Under the pieces are notes generated by a model. That model worked only from the letters and a program-made list of their open reading frames with translations, was not told where the DNA came from and ran no database searches. Below, in pieces: positions 28,238-40,609 of a stretch of DNA of 64,000 nt (positions are counted from its first letter, which is position 1; each line of letters opens with the position of its first letter). A program made the translations under genes and the position numbers. The stretch is from Pseudomonadota bacterium (GTDB taxonomy: Bacteria > Pseudomonadota > Alphaproteobacteria > RF32 > CAG-239), in contig CAKJXZ020000012.1 in NCBI GenBank assembly GCA_918234285.1, forward strand, positions 35,050 through 99,049. The letters run 5' to 3'.

Positions 28238-29446
28238 TTATTTTTTGAAAATAACCACACCCGGAAGTTCTTTACCTTCCATCCACTCCAAAAAGGCACC
28301 GCCGGCCGTTGAAATGTAGCTGAATTTATCGGCCACACCGGCATTGGCCAAAGCCGATACCGTATCACCGCCGCCGGCAACCGAAGTCAATTTTCCGGCC
28401 TGAGTCAGTTCTGCGGCATATTGGGCAACGGCGTTGGTAGCGGCATCAAACGGCTTAAGTTCAAATGCACCGAGCGGACCGTTCCATACCAAAGTTTTGC
28501 ATTCTGCCAATTTGGCTTTGATGTTGGCAACCGTTTTGGTGCCGACGTCAAGCAAAGTTCCATCTTGCGGAATATTATCGATATCAACGGTTTTATGCGG
28601 TGCGTCGGCGGCAAATTCTTTAGCCCATACCAAATCCAATGGTAAAATCACCTCGCAGTTATGAGCCTTGGCCGTTGCCAGAATTTCTTTAGCCGTATCA
28701 AGCATATCCATCTGCACCAAAGAGTTGTTTTCGTTAATACCGTCAGCGCCCAAAACTTTGAGGAAAGTATGAGCCATACCGCCGGAGATTACCAGTTTGT
28801 CAACCTTTTTAACCAAGTTATTCAATAAATCGAGTTTGGTGGAAACTTTGGAACCGCCGACAATAGCCATCAGCGGACGCGTCGGGTTATTCAAACCTGA
28901 AGTTAAAGCGGCAACTTCTTCCGCCATCAACAAACCCATGGCAGACGGCAATAATTCCGGTGCCGCCACCATTGAAGCGTGAGCACGGTGAGCGGTTGAA
29001 AATGCATCGGAAACATAAACATCGGCCGGCTTAACCAATTCTTTAGCCCAAGCTTCATCGCCTTTCTTTTCTTCGTTATAATAACGCAGATTTTCCAAAA
29101 GCAACACTTCATCAGCTTTCATATTTTTAACCGCGGTTGCAACCGCATCGCCGATACAATCTTCAACAAAAACAACTTTGCTGCCGAGAGCTTTTTCAAG
29201 TTCCGGTGCCACATAGCGCAGAGAGTTTTTGATGTCGCCTTTGCCTTCCGGACGACCGAAGTGAGAAATCACCACAACTTTGGCACCTTTGTTCATCAGA
29301 GTTTTAATGGTCGGAACCGTACGGTCGATACGTGCGGTGTTGGTAACATGAAAATCTTCATCCATCGGTACGTTTAAATCGGCGCGAAGCATTACGACTT
29401 TGCCGTTCAAATCACCTAAATCTTCAATAGTTTTATATTCTTGCAT
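28238..29446 (-). CDS. pgk: Phosphoglycerate kinase
   Basis: RADLNVP, SHFGRP, LLENLR, HRAHAS, GGSKVSTK, WNGPLG, GGGDT, STAGGAFLE. Confidence 0.98.
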   Translation of the reverse strand: MQEYKTIEDLGDLNGKVVMLRADLNVPMDEDFHVTNTARIDRTVPTIKTLMNKGAKVVVISHFGRPEGKGDIKNSLRYVAPELEKALGSKVVFVEDCIGDAVATAVKNMKADEVLLLENLRYYNEEKKGDEAWAKELVKPADVYVSDAFSTAHRAHASMVAAPELLPSAMGLLMAEEVAALTSGLNNPTRPLMAIVGGSKVSTKLDLLNNLVKKVDKLVISGGMAHTFLKVLGADGINENNSLVQMDMLDTAKEILATAKAHNCEVILPLDLVWAKEFAADAPHKTVDIDNIPQDGTLLDVGTKTVANIKAKLAECKTLVWNGPLGAFELKPFDAATNAVAQYAAELTQAGKLTSVAGGGDTVSALANAGVADKFSYISTAGGAFLEWMEGKELPGVVIFKK

Positions 29447-29481
29447 TTATCTTTTCCTCATCATTTTTATATAAAAAAAAA

Positions 29482-29540
29482 CGTCATTCCGAACCGGAAA
29501 AATTCCCATAAAGGATTCTTCGCTGTTACTCGGAATGACG
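29482..29540. repeat. REP-like palindrome CGTCATTCCGA...TCGGAATGACG (related half copy at 56707-56737)
   Basis: 11-bp terminal inverted repeat with internal GATTCTTCG. Confidence 0.6.
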
Positions 29541-29549
29541 ATTATAAAA

Positions 29550-30626
<1,077 letters not shown>

Positions 30627-30722
30627 CTAATTTAACATTAAAGATAAAAAATTCAAGCAAAATTTTACGGCTGAGGGTATAATTGTGAGTTATATGCCGG
30701 CAAGGCAGATTTTATGCATAAA

Positions 30723-31625
30723 TCAGTCGTTGCGGATTTTGGCGGCGATAATTCCGTTCAATAGTGAAGCCAACATCGGACCGGTTTTCTGCAAGCGTTT
30801 TTTGGTTTGATAACGCTGTTTATAAACCTTAACCTTAGGGTTATTAGCGACCTTTTTATCAATTTCTTTTTTATGCTTTTGATAATAGCGGCGCCCGATT
30901 TCACTACGATTGGCCTTAGAATTGTGTTTCTTATCGAGTTCCTTTAACAGCTCCGGATTTTCTGCCTTCATATTGGCGCGGCGCTCAACCGCCTTTTGCC
31001 GCAAGCGTTCGCGATTTTTGGCGCGATATATGGCATTGCGGAGGTTATTTCCCGCACGCTTTTTTTCCTGTTCTTCCGGAGTCAGAGTATCAAATCTTTT
31101 ATAATACGACTTACGTTGTTCCGGATGTTCTTCCCGAAATTTACGCATCCGCAACTTGTTTTTTTCGCGCTTTGCATCTTCTTTTGTCATAACCGGTTGC
31201 GGTTTTTCATGCTTTCTCATTCTGATGTCGGCAAGTGTTTCTATAACTCTTTGAATTTTCAAATCATACTCATTTTGTATGATTTCCTGCGCCTGCGTAA
31301 ACGAAATATTGATAAGGTGGCAACTCGGACGGTTTATTCTTTCCTGATTCAGTCGCATAAATGTTTTAGGAGACAGAATTATGTTTTGTTTTTTGTTGAC
31401 CGGTATTTTTATCGGTAGCAAAGAATATACTGCCAAAACGGTCTCATCGGCAAAAAATCCGTCGAACTCCAAAATTCGCACAACATCAGAAGTATACAGC
31501 AACCTGTTCAGCGGGCTGTTTTCCATAAAAGCATCGATTTCTTTGACGTTGTCCGGTTTGCCACCGAGAAGGGCATAGAAAACATCGGCCAAATCCGTAA
31601 TTTTATCCGTTTCAAAGTTTTTCAT
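30723..31625 (-). CDS. Hypothetical protein with highly basic coiled-coil C-terminus
   Basis: 300-aa ORF with AGGAG RBS; K/R-rich segments (YRAKNRERL, YYQKHKKEI). Confidence 0.65.
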   Translation of the reverse strand: MKNFETDKITDLADVFYALLGGKPDNVKEIDAFMENSPLNRLLYTSDVVRILEFDGFFADETVLAVYSLLPIKIPVNKKQNIILSPKTFMRLNQERINRPSCHLINISFTQAQEIIQNEYDLKIQRVIETLADIRMRKHEKPQPVMTKEDAKREKNKLRMRKFREEHPEQRKSYYKRFDTLTPEEQEKKRAGNNLRNAIYRAKNRERLRQKAVERRANMKAENPELLKELDKKHNSKANRSEIGRRYYQKHKKEIDKKVANNPKVKVYKQRYQTKKRLQKTGPMLASLLNGIIAAKIRND

Positions 31626-31843
31626 TGTCGACTCCTTGCGGCGATTTATAACACAAAAACATCATAAAGGCAATATAAATTGCCAAAATTTTAGAAAAAA
31701 TTTGAGAAACCGAGATTGATACCGATAGCCGTTCTATCAGCAACAGTGATTCATCTGCGGGATTCTGAGCCGGAATAAAAAATATGGCGTGTATCTTCCT
31801 TGAGCGGGAGAACACACGCCGTTTGTTTTTTACTTGCGGCTTT

Positions 31844-33121
31844 TTAGGCAGACTTTTTCAGCTGCGCCTTTGCTTTTATCAGTTTAGGCTTGGCCTTGCC
31901 TTCAACAACCTTTTCATCAAACACGATTTCCGCAATATCTTTTTTATCCGGCAGCTCGTACATCCACTCCATCAAGATTTCTTCCATAATGGCACGCAGA
32001 CCGCGGGCACCCGTTTTGCGCTCAATCGCCAGTTTGGCAATCGCCAACAGCGCCTTGTCGGTAATCGTCAGTTTGACATTATCCATATTGAACAGCGAGC
32101 GATATTGGCTGACCAGAGCGTTTTTCGGCTCGGTTAAAACCGAAATCAGCGCCTTTTCATCCAAATCATCAAGGGTGGCAATAACCGGAACACGACCGGT
32201 AAATTCCGGAATAAGTCCGTATTTTACCAAGTCTTCCGGCCGCACTTCTTTTAATATCTGGCCGACCGATTTTTCGTCTTTTTCCACTTTAGCGCCGAAG
32301 CCTATGGAATTATTGTTTTCCGTGCCGTGCTTTTCAATAATCTTTTCCAAACCGGCAAACGCACCACCGCAAATAAATAAGATGTTGGTAGTGTCAACAT
32401 GCAAAAACTCCTGTTGCGGATGTTTGCGCCCGCCCTGCGGCGGCACATTGGCAACCGTGCCTTCAATGATTTTTAAAAGAGCCTGTTGTACGCCTTCGCC
32501 TGAAACATCACGCGTAATCGACGGACCGTCACCTTTGCGCGAAATTTTATCGATTTCATCAATATAAATAATGCCGCGTTGTGCTTTTTCGATATCGTAA
32601 TTGGCATTTTGCACCAGTTTCAAAACGATGTTTTCCACATCTTCGCCGACATATCCGGCCTCAGTTAAGGTGGTGGCATCGGCAATGGCAAAAGGTACGT
32701 TCAAAATCTTGGCGAGCGTTTGTGCCAACAAGGTCTTACCGCAACCGGTTGAGCCGATTAAAATAACGTTGGATTTATTGATATCAACTTCATCTTTGTT
32801 GGGATTATTCAGGCGTTTGTAGTGGTTATAAACCGCTACCGCCAATACCTTTTTGGCATAATCCTGGCCGATAACGTATTCATCCAAAAATTTTTTGATT
32901 TTGGAAGGTGTCGGCAAATCTTCGGTTACCTGAGCGTCTTTTTTATCGGTATTGTTTTCGTCATCGAAGATTTCTTCTTCCATAATCGAATGGCAAACAT
33001 CAATACACTCATTACAAATATATACGCCGCGACCGGCCACCAGTTTTTTTACCTCTTTTTGGCTTTTGCCGCAAAAAGAGCAGTGCAAAATGTCTTCGTC
33101 TTTCTCGTCTTTTTTACTCAT
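31844..33121 (-). CDS. clpX: ATP-dependent Clp protease ATPase subunit ClpX
   Basis: CSFCGK zinc finger, [33 protein letters not shown] loop, GARGLR. Confidence 0.98.
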   Translation of the reverse strand: MSKKDEKDEDILHCSFCGKSQKEVKKLVAGRGVYICNECIDVCHSIMEEEIFDDENNTDKKDAQVTEDLPTPSKIKKFLDEYVIGQDYAKKVLAVAVYNHYKRLNNPNKDEVDINKSNVILIGSTGCGKTLLAQTLAKILNVPFAIADATTLTEAGYVGEDVENIVLKLVQNANYDIEKAQRGIIYIDEIDKISRKGDGPSITRDVSGEGVQQALLKIIEGTVANVPPQGGRKHPQQEFLHVDTTNILFICGGAFAGLEKIIEKHGTENNNSIGFGAKVEKDEKSVGQILKEVRPEDLVKYGLIPEFTGRVPVIATLDDLDEKALISVLTEPKNALVSQYRSLFNMDNVKLTITDKALLAIAKLAIERKTGARGLRAIMEEILMEWMYELPDKKDIAEIVFDEKVVEGKAKPKLIKAKAQLKKSA

Positions 33122-33130
33122 AACTTTCAC

Positions 33131-33748
33131 CTACTTTATTTCGTTACGATTAGTGATAATATGGTCAATCAAACCAAAATCAAGTGCTTCCTGCGGTGTC
33201 ATAAAATTATCTCTGTCCATAGCTTTTTCAATAACCGAGAGTTTTTGACCGGTGTTGTCGGCATAAATTTTGTTCAGGCGCTTACGTAAATCCAAAATCA
33301 ATTTGGCCTGAATTTCAATATCGGTTGCCTGACCTTTGGCACCGCCCGACGGCTGATGAATCATAATCTGCGAGTTTGGCAACGAATAGCGTTTGCCTTT
33401 GGTACCGCCCGCCAGCAAAAACGAACCCATCGAACAGGCCTGACCGACGCAAATCGTTGCCACATCACACGAAATATATTGCATAGTGTCATACATTGCA
33501 AGTCCGGAAGTTACCACACCGCCCGGCGAATTGATGTAAAGCGAAATGTCTTTTTTCGGGTTTTCGGCTTCCAAAAACAAAAGCTGAGCGCATACCAGCG
33601 ACGACACTTCATCATTTACTTCGCCGGTTAAAAAGATAATCCGCTCCTTCAATAAACGCGAAAAAATATCAAATTGCCGCTCGCCCTTAGGGGTTTGTTC
33701 AACCACCATCGGTACCAAGGAGCTGTTTAAAATCTCTGCATTATTCAT
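33131..33748 (-). CDS. clpP: Clp protease proteolytic subunit
   Basis: [33 protein letters not shown]. Confidence 0.98.
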   Translation of the reverse strand: MNNAEILNSSLVPMVVEQTPKGERQFDIFSRLLKERIIFLTGEVNDEVSSLVCAQLLFLEAENPKKDISLYINSPGGVVTSGLAMYDTMQYISCDVATICVGQACSMGSFLLAGGTKGKRYSLPNSQIMIHQPSGGAKGQATDIEIQAKLILDLRKRLNKIYADNTGQKLSVIEKAMDRDNFMTPQEALDFGLIDHIITNRNEIK

Positions 33749-33887
33749 CGTCTTTTTTCCTTATATATAACAAACTTCCGCTATTAAAACACATTTATGA
33801 TTAATATTTCCTAAACAAACAATATTTTGTGCTATTGTCGTATGTATAACAAAAAAAGATGCCGATTTCAAGGCATCTTTTCAAAAA

Positions 33888-33965
33888 TGGGGCGGATGAT
33901 CGGATTTGAACTGACGACATCTGGTACCACAAACCAGCGCTCTAACCAACTGAGCTACATCCGCC
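33888..33965 (-). tRNA. tRNA-His(GTG) with G-1 and encoded CCA
   Basis: GGCGGATGTAGCTCAGTTGGTTAGAGCG-CTGGT-TTGTGGT-ACCAG...GTTCAAATC...CATCCGCCCCA. One A-C mismatch in the T stem; downstream hairpin at 33854-33880. Confidence 0.95.
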
Positions 33966-34206
33966 ATAAGCAAGTCATTTATTAACCTTAAAAACGGCGA
34001 ATGTCAATAAGAAAATAAAAAAAATGCAAATTAATCTGATTATTGCAACCAATGACGTATAAATATGCCGATTTTACGGGGTTTTTTACTAAAATAATAA
34101 CTTTTTTGCGGCCGTTTGTATATAAAACCGATTTATTGGCGTTTCTTCAGCTTTTATTTACCATTTTTGTTTTATACTTGACGAAATGCTGATATATGAG
34201 GAAAAA

Positions 34207-35478
34207 ATGATAAGAAAAATCGCGTTATTTCTTTTGGTTACGGTTTTGAGTTTAGGTGCCGAAAAAGCGGCAGCGGCAACCTCGTCGATTATGGTTAATG
34301 CCGAAAACGGCAAGGTTATGTATGAAATGAATGCCGATGAACTGCGCTATCCGGCCTCTTTGACTAAACTGATGACACTGTATATTACTTTTAATGCACT
34401 GGAAAACGGACATTTGAAGTTGACCGACAAGCTGAAAGTTTCGGCAACCGCCGCCAGTCGTTCGCCATCAAAATTGGGTGTTCGTGCCGGTGAAACCATT
34501 ACGGTTAAGGATGCAATTATGGCGGTTATCGTTAAATCGGCCAACGACTGTGCCACGGTTTTGGCTGAGCATTTTTCCAAAAATGAAGCCGAATTTGCGG
34601 TGCTGATGACCAAAACGGCACGCAAACTCAATATGAACCGCACCACTTTCAAAAATGCCTCCGGCTTGCCTAATTCCATGCAAAAAACCACGGCGCGCGA
34701 TATGTCTAAGTTGGCGATGGCGGTGTACCATCATTTTCCGCAATATTACAAGTGGTTTTCGGTACAAAGCTTTAAGTACAAAGGTCAGCTTATTACCGGA
34801 CATAATCATCTTTTGAATACTTTTTCCGGCGCTGACGGTATGAAAACCGGATATACTGCGGCCTCCGGCTACAATATTGTTACTTCGGCCAAACGTAGCG
34901 GTAAGCGCGTAATCGCCGTTACCATGGGACATCGCTATGTGAACGAACGCGATAAAAAAGCGGCGGTAATGATGGATAAAGGTTTGGGTGCTCTGAAAAA
35001 ATCAAACAATGTGGATGTGGCAGCCTTAACTCGTTCAATTAACGGTAATACCACGCAATTGGCCTCGGTAAAATCGGTCAGCCAGAGTACTCGGCCGACT
35101 ACGGCCAAGGCTGCTGCGGCGGCACGTAAAGCTCAACCGCAAACCAAGGCTGTTGCAAGCGTTGCTCCGACAGCCGCAACAACATCCGCATCCGTGCCGA
35201 CGGCAGGCGGATCTTATGGCGTGCAGGTAGGGGCTTTTTCCGATTATCAACGCGCCAGAAGTTATGCCAACAGCGTGAAGAACGATTTAGCTAAAAAATA
35301 TGCGGTATATAATATCAAAGTGGAAGAAACCAAAGTTGCCGATAAAACCATGTATCGTTCCAAGGTGGTTGGCATGGCGAAAAATACGGCCGCGCAGATT
35401 TGTAACGGTATGAAAAGCCAGAAAAAATCCTGCATAGTGGTGGCCGAAAGCAACACGTACAGTTTGGCGCAGAAATAA
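34207..35478 (+). CDS. D-alanyl-D-alanine carboxypeptidase (peptidase S11) with C-terminal SPOR domain
   Basis: YPASLTKLM (SxxK), SAN, KTG; C-terminal YGVQVGAF SPOR motif. Confidence 0.93.
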   Translation: MIRKIALFLLVTVLSLGAEKAAAATSSIMVNAENGKVMYEMNADELRYPASLTKLMTLYITFNALENGHLKLTDKLKVSATAASRSPSKLGVRAGETITVKDAIMAVIVKSANDCATVLAEHFSKNEAEFAVLMTKTARKLNMNRTTFKNASGLPNSMQKTTARDMSKLAMAVYHHFPQYYKWFSVQSFKYKGQLITGHNHLLNTFSGADGMKTGYTAASGYNIVTSAKRSGKRVIAVTMGHRYVNERDKKAAVMMDKGLGALKKSNNVDVAALTRSINGNTTQLASVKSVSQSTRPTTAKAAAAARKAQPQTKAVASVAPTAATTSASVPTAGGSYGVQVGAFSDYQRARSYANSVKNDLAKKYAVYNIKVEETKVADKTMYRSKVVGMAKNTAAQICNGMKSQKKSCIVVAESNTYSLAQK

Positions 35479-36158
35479 TGGAAACACCGGTTATTGTCAT
35501 CAGCAGTTCGGCAAAAGGTACGGGTAAGACAACGTTAGCACTCAATTTGGCGGCAGCGCTGTGGTCGGATTCGTATCGGGTCAAATTATTTGCTCCGCTT
35601 AATTTGCAAGTGGCGCAGTTTATGGAACAACGGCAGGTTTTGCGCGAGCAAAGCGGTGCCGATTTGCCGATGCCGGAATTAATCGCAAATTTTGATAATA
35701 TTGATGATGATGCCGCCAAAAGCGTGATTATTGCCGATATCCCCTCCGAAAATATGGCGGATTATGCCACTGTGTTTGCCAAGGCGCATACGCTGATTAC
35801 CGTCGGCAAAACGGCGGAAGATTTTGAGTGGCCGCTTTCTCATCCCTATATTAATCTGATTTGGGAGGCCAAAAAGAATATTGCTGCCCGCGGCATCAAA
35901 TACTTAAATTGGATCGCAGTGCTGAATCAGACCGATGAAGCAAGCGACGATGTTAAGCAAAGTCTGGCGGCGGCAACCAAACGTTTCGGTTTTCGGGTGG
36001 CCGAGCCGCTACACGACCGCGAGGCTTTTCGTTATATTGATAACGGCTATTGTGCGGCGGATATGGCCGACTTTCGCAAGCTGTTCAAAATGTCGATGTC
36101 CGATGTGTATGCCAGACGCGAGATTCTGACGCTTACCGATTTTTTGTGGCAAAAATAA
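35478..36158 (+). CDS. mipZ: MipZ/ParA-like ATPase (divergent)
   Basis: KGTGKTT P-loop; WIAVLN, FGFRVA..LHDREAFR and MSMSDVYARREI resemble the MipZ C-terminus. Confidence 0.6.
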   Translation: METPVIVISSSAKGTGKTTLALNLAAALWSDSYRVKLFAPLNLQVAQFMEQRQVLREQSGADLPMPELIANFDNIDDDAAKSVIIADIPSENMADYATVFAKAHTLITVGKTAEDFEWPLSHPYINLIWEAKKNIAARGIKYLNWIAVLNQTDEASDDVKQSLAAATKRFGFRVAEPLHDREAFRYIDNGYCAADMADFRKLFKMSMSDVYARREILTLTDFLWQK

Positions 36159-36332
36159 ACTCCTGACAATATAAAAACACGCTGTCGGCAAGATTTTCCG
36201 ATGTTGCCGTTTTGTGTAAACGTTTGTTTCCGCATAAAAGGTGTTTAATAAAATAAAAAAAACTTTACCTCGCAATCTTTTTAATGTTACATATATATAA
36301 CTGATACAATAAAAACAGAAAGGGGTATGCTT

Positions 36333-37952
36333 ATGCTGAAAATCGTTCAAACAACACCGTATACCGACCAAAAGATGGGTACGGCCGGCTTGCGTCGTAA
36401 ATCAAAAGTCGCTATGCAGGAAAACTATGTCGAAAACTTTGTGCAGAGTATTTTTGATGCCATCGGCGGAGTTAAGGGGCAAACTTTTATTTTGGGCGGC
36501 GACGGGCGCTTTTATAATAAAATTGCTATTCAAAAGATTATGAAAATGTCGGCTGCAGCCGGAATGAAGAAGATGATTGTCGGGCAAAACGGCTATATCT
36601 CTACCCCGACAGCTTCGCGTGTGCTCTTAAAAAATCATGCCGACGGCGGTTTTGTGCTGACCGCTTCGCATAATCCGGGCGGTCCGAACGGCGATTTCGG
36701 TATTAAATATGCCATCGCTTCCGGCGGACAATGTCCGACGAGTTTGAGTGATAAAATTTATGAAAATACCAAAAAAATCACGCAATATACTATTTTGGAC
36801 GCGCCCGATGTTGACTTGAGCAAAATCGGCACACAAAAACTCGGTGATATGGAAATTGAAGTCATTGATTCGCTCAAAGATTATATCGATATGATGGAGC
36901 AGATTTTTGATTTTGATGCCATTCGTAAGCTGTTTGCCGGCGGATTTACTATGCGTTTTGACGCCATGAATGCCGTTACCGGCCCGTATGCGTTGAAAAT
37001 ATTTGAAGAAATTTTGGGTGCGCCGAAGGGTTCGGTGGTGCATTATGTGCCGATGGAAGATTTCGGCGGTTTGCATCCGGATCCGAACCTGATTTACGCC
37101 AAAGAACTGGTGGATTTGATGTGGTCCGATAATGCGCCTGATTTCGGTGCGGCCAATGACGGCGACGGCGACCGCAATATGATTTTGGGCAAAAAATTCT
37201 TTGTTACTCCGAGCGACAGTTTGGCGATTTTAACCGACAATTATAAGCTGATTCCGGCCTATAAAAACGGTATTTACGGCGTAGCCAAATCGGCGGCGAC
37301 CTCAACGGCGGTTAAACGTGTGGCCGAAGCGCTCGGTATCGGTTATTACGAAGTGCCGACCGGTTGGAAATATTTCTGCAACCTGATGGACAGCAACCGC
37401 ATTACTTTCTGCGGCGAAGAAAGCTTCGGCACCGGCTCCAGCCATATCCGCGAAAAAGACGGTATTTGGGCGATTTTATTCTGGCTCAATATTATTGCCG
37501 TTACCGGTAAATCGGTGGAAGAAATTGCCCACGAACACTGGCAAAAATACGGCCGCAGCTACTATATGCGTAACGATTACGAAATTGCCGACACCGAGGT
37601 TGCCAATAAACTGATGGCGGATTTGGAAACCAGTCTGCCGTCGCTGAAAGGCAAAACTTTTGGCGCCTATACGGTCAGCGATGCCTATCCGTTTGTTTAT
37701 AACGATCCGGTGGACGGCAGTTCGACCAAAAACGGTTTGATGGTTTATTTTGCCGATAAATCGCGCATTGTATATCGTTTGTCCGGCACCGGCAGCAGCG
37801 GTGCCACGCTTCGTGTTTATTTGGAACGCTATGCCACAAAAGATTTTGATGAAAACGTGGAAAAAACGCTGGAAAGTTTGGCCGATGTTTCGCGCGAAAT
37901 CGCCGAAATTACGGAGCGCACCGGTAAGACCAAGGCTGATTTGCTGACTTAA
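36333..37952 (+). CDS. pgm: Phosphoglucomutase
   Basis: GTAGLR, TASHNPGG, DGDGDRN, CGEESFG, RLSGTGS. Confidence 0.96.
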   Translation: MLKIVQTTPYTDQKMGTAGLRRKSKVAMQENYVENFVQSIFDAIGGVKGQTFILGGDGRFYNKIAIQKIMKMSAAAGMKKMIVGQNGYISTPTASRVLLKNHADGGFVLTASHNPGGPNGDFGIKYAIASGGQCPTSLSDKIYENTKKITQYTILDAPDVDLSKIGTQKLGDMEIEVIDSLKDYIDMMEQIFDFDAIRKLFAGGFTMRFDAMNAVTGPYALKIFEEILGAPKGSVVHYVPMEDFGGLHPDPNLIYAKELVDLMWSDNAPDFGAANDGDGDRNMILGKKFFVTPSDSLAILTDNYKLIPAYKNGIYGVAKSAATSTAVKRVAEALGIGYYEVPTGWKYFCNLMDSNRITFCGEESFGTGSSHIREKDGIWAILFWLNIIAVTGKSVEEIAHEHWQKYGRSYYMRNDYEIADTEVANKLMADLETSLPSLKGKTFGAYTVSDAYPFVYNDPVDGSSTKNGLMVYFADKSRIVYRLSGTGSSGATLRVYLERYATKDFDENVEKTLESLADVSREIAEITERTGKTKADLLT

Positions 37953-37969
37953 AGCCCAAAGGAACGCAA

Positions 37970-40609
37970 ATGCTCAGAGATATCAACAATCGTCGCCCCG
38001 ATCGGCAGCTAGAAAGGAATTTGCTCTTTCTGGCTTACGCGATTATGCTGACCTCTCTGAGCCTGTTTGCGCTGTTTTTATATCCGCAGTTCTCGTTTTA
38101 CATCATCATTTTGGTGGTGGTATGGAACATTTTGTGTATTCTGATTACCATTCGCATTTTGCAGGTCAGCGAAACCGCCATCGGTTTTGGGGCATTGGCG
38201 GCCGAATTGTTGAACGATAAAGCCAAATATAATCGTGTCGATAATTCGGCGGGCGAGGCGATTATCATTAACCGAGCGGCGGCGGAATATTTCCAAAATG
38301 TGCCGATTATACCGTTTTTGGAGCAGAATATCATTGATTCTCCGGCCAATAAAATGGATTTGCAAAAACTTATCTCGGCGGTCAATAAGTTGCAGGCAAC
38401 TACGGTAGAACTTTCGTTAAACCCGAAGCAAGACAGCGTTTTTGTGGTGGAAGAATGGCTCCGTATCAACGTAAAGCCGATTTATTTGAACAAAACGGAT
38501 ATTTTTGAATCCGAGTTTTCGCTCAATAAAATCAAGCGAGAAACCTATATTTATTGGTCAATCGAAAATATTACCGCATATAAGAACATGGACGCGGTTT
38601 TCAAGGTCGAAATGTCGTCTTTGCATTCGTTTTTGGACTATTTGCCGGTGGGGTTGTATACTTGCGACGACAGCGGAAAATTGGAATATATCAATGATAC
38701 GCTGGCCGAGAAATTGCATATCGATAAAAATACCGCCGTCAGCAAAACGATCGACGACTTTGTGGCTTATAAACCGGAACTGTTGCATACACCGACCGGC
38801 GAATATAACGACAACTTAACCTTCAAAACCGCCGACGGTATATTTGAGGCCTATGTACGGCAACGCAACGTACGCGAGAACAACGAGCTGAAAACCCGCG
38901 GCGTGGTAATGTGGGATTTGCCTACCGATGCGCAACTGCAAAATCGCCTGAATATTATTATCGATCGTTTCGAATATTTGTTGGAAACGGCGCCGGTCGG
39001 GATTGTGTTGCTTGACAATCAATTGAATGTTCGTGAGCTGAATAAATACGTTAAGCCGTTGCTTAATGCGGAAAATCGCGATATTGTCGGTCAAAAGTTC
39101 AGCGGTTATTTGAATACCGATGCGCAAAAGCAATTTAAGCGAATTTTGAGCAAAAAACTGTATCAAACTACGGATAATGTGATTGAAACCGTTTTGAATG
39201 ACGGAAGTGATGAGCGCAATGTGCGCTTGGCGATTTATGCCGCAGATAAATATCGCAATGATGAGGATGAACAAAGCGGTTATTTGGTATATGTTCAAGA
39301 TACCACTAACCGCCGCAGTCTGGAAATGCAAGTGGCACAGGCACAAAAAATGCAGTCGTTCGGCCAACTTACCGGTATGGTGGCGCACGATTTCAATAAT
39401 TTGCTGACGGCAGTCGTCGGTTATTGTGATTTATTGCTCCGTCGCCATGGTATCGGTGATCCGTCGTTTGTAGACTTGATCGAACTTAAGAATAACGTAA
39501 CCACAGCCATCGGTGTGGCACGGCAGCTTTTGACCATTTCGCGGCGGCAACCGCTTAATCCGAAAGTTATCGACGCCACCGAGGCCTTTACCGAAAATGA
39601 CCATCTGATTGCGCGTATTTTAGGCGAAAAAATTAAGCTTAACGTGAATTATGGGGCTGATTTGGGGTATATTCGCGTAGATACGGTACAACTCTCGCAA
39701 GTGTTACTGAATCTGGCTATTAATGCCCGCGATGCCATGAACGGTGTGGGGACTTTAACCTTATCTGCTCGTCTTGAGCACCTTAACTTGCCATATCAGT
39801 ACGGTGCCGAAACGATTAAGCCCGGAGATTTTGTGGTAATCAGCGTCAGTGATACCGGTTGCGGTATTCCGCCGGAAAATCTGGAACGGATTTTTGAGCC
39901 GTTTTTCTCCACTAAGAAGAATGTTTTGAATTCCGGTACCGGTCTGGGGCTGGCGATGGTAGACAGCATTGTACGGCAAATGAACGGCTTTTTGAAGGTA
40001 CATAGCGAGGTCGGTAAGGGCACAACCTTTGAAATTTATCTGCCGTCGTATGTGGATACCGAGAGTGCGCAAAGTCAGGCGGTGACGGAACAGCCGGCTT
40101 CCGAGGTGATTTTGGATAAAACCGGTAACGCGGCGATGACCACCGTTTTGCCACATTATGCCGATGATAAAAGCCAAAAAATCATTCTCGGGCTTAATGT
40201 GGCGGAATTTGACAGCCAACGCAGTGTTTCCCGCAATCCGGGAGAAATCCGCATTTTGTTTGTTGATGACGAGGATGCGGTGCGGATGGTCGGGGCGCGC
40301 GGCTTGCGGCAAAAGGGCTACGATGTGGTTGATTGTATTTCGGCGGAAAATGCTTTAGAGCATATTGATGCCGGCGAAAAATTTGATTTGGTGATTACCG
40401 ATATGCGTATGCCGGGAATGAGCGGAGCCGAACTGGCAACTATTTTGCACGAAAAATATCCGGAAATTCTGATTATTCTGGCTTCCGGTTATTCGGAAGA
40501 AATAGCTCGCAAAGAGTTGGCCGGTTCGCAGGATTTCTTCTTTATAGCCAAGCCTTACGGTCTGGATGATTTGAACAAAAAAGTAAAGGCGGTATTAGCG
40601 AAAAAATGA
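37970..40609 (+). CDS. cckA: CckA-like hybrid PAS histidine kinase/receiver
   Basis: Two N-terminal TMs, PAS-like segments, AHDFNNLL, NLAINARDAM, FEPFFSTK, GTGLGL, receiver VDDED/DMRMP/KP. Confidence 0.85.
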   Translation: MLRDINNRRPDRQLERNLLFLAYAIMLTSLSLFALFLYPQFSFYIIILVVVWNILCILITIRILQVSETAIGFGALAAELLNDKAKYNRVDNSAGEAIIINRAAAEYFQNVPIIPFLEQNIIDSPANKMDLQKLISAVNKLQATTVELSLNPKQDSVFVVEEWLRINVKPIYLNKTDIFESEFSLNKIKRETYIYWSIENITAYKNMDAVFKVEMSSLHSFLDYLPVGLYTCDDSGKLEYINDTLAEKLHIDKNTAVSKTIDDFVAYKPELLHTPTGEYNDNLTFKTADGIFEAYVRQRNVRENNELKTRGVVMWDLPTDAQLQNRLNIIIDRFEYLLETAPVGIVLLDNQLNVRELNKYVKPLLNAENRDIVGQKFSGYLNTDAQKQFKRILSKKLYQTTDNVIETVLNDGSDERNVRLAIYAADKYRNDEDEQSGYLVYVQDTTNRRSLEMQVAQAQKMQSFGQLTGMVAHDFNNLLTAVVGYCDLLLRRHGIGDPSFVDLIELKNNVTTAIGVARQLLTISRRQPLNPKVIDATEAFTENDHLIARILGEKIKLNVNYGADLGYIRVDTVQLSQVLLNLAINARDAMNGVGTLTLSARLEHLNLPYQYGAETIKPGDFVVISVSDTGCGIPPENLERIFEPFFSTKKNVLNSGTGLGLAMVDSIVRQMNGFLKVHSEVGKGTTFEIYLPSYVDTESAQSQAVTEQPASEVILDKTGNAAMTTVLPHYADDKSQKIILGLNVAEFDSQRSVSRNPGEIRILFVDDEDAVRMVGARGLRQKGYDVVDCISAENALEHIDAGEKFDLVITDMRMPGMSGAELATILHEKYPEILIILASGYSEEIARKELAGSQDFFFIAKPYGLDDLNKKVKAVLAKK

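Noticed and set aside
33888-33965. tRNA-His as an island integration site, or as the G-1-less alphaproteobacterial type
   Set aside because: I saw no duplicated 3' end or integrase nearby, and G-1:C73 is present, i.e. the ordinary bacterial form.
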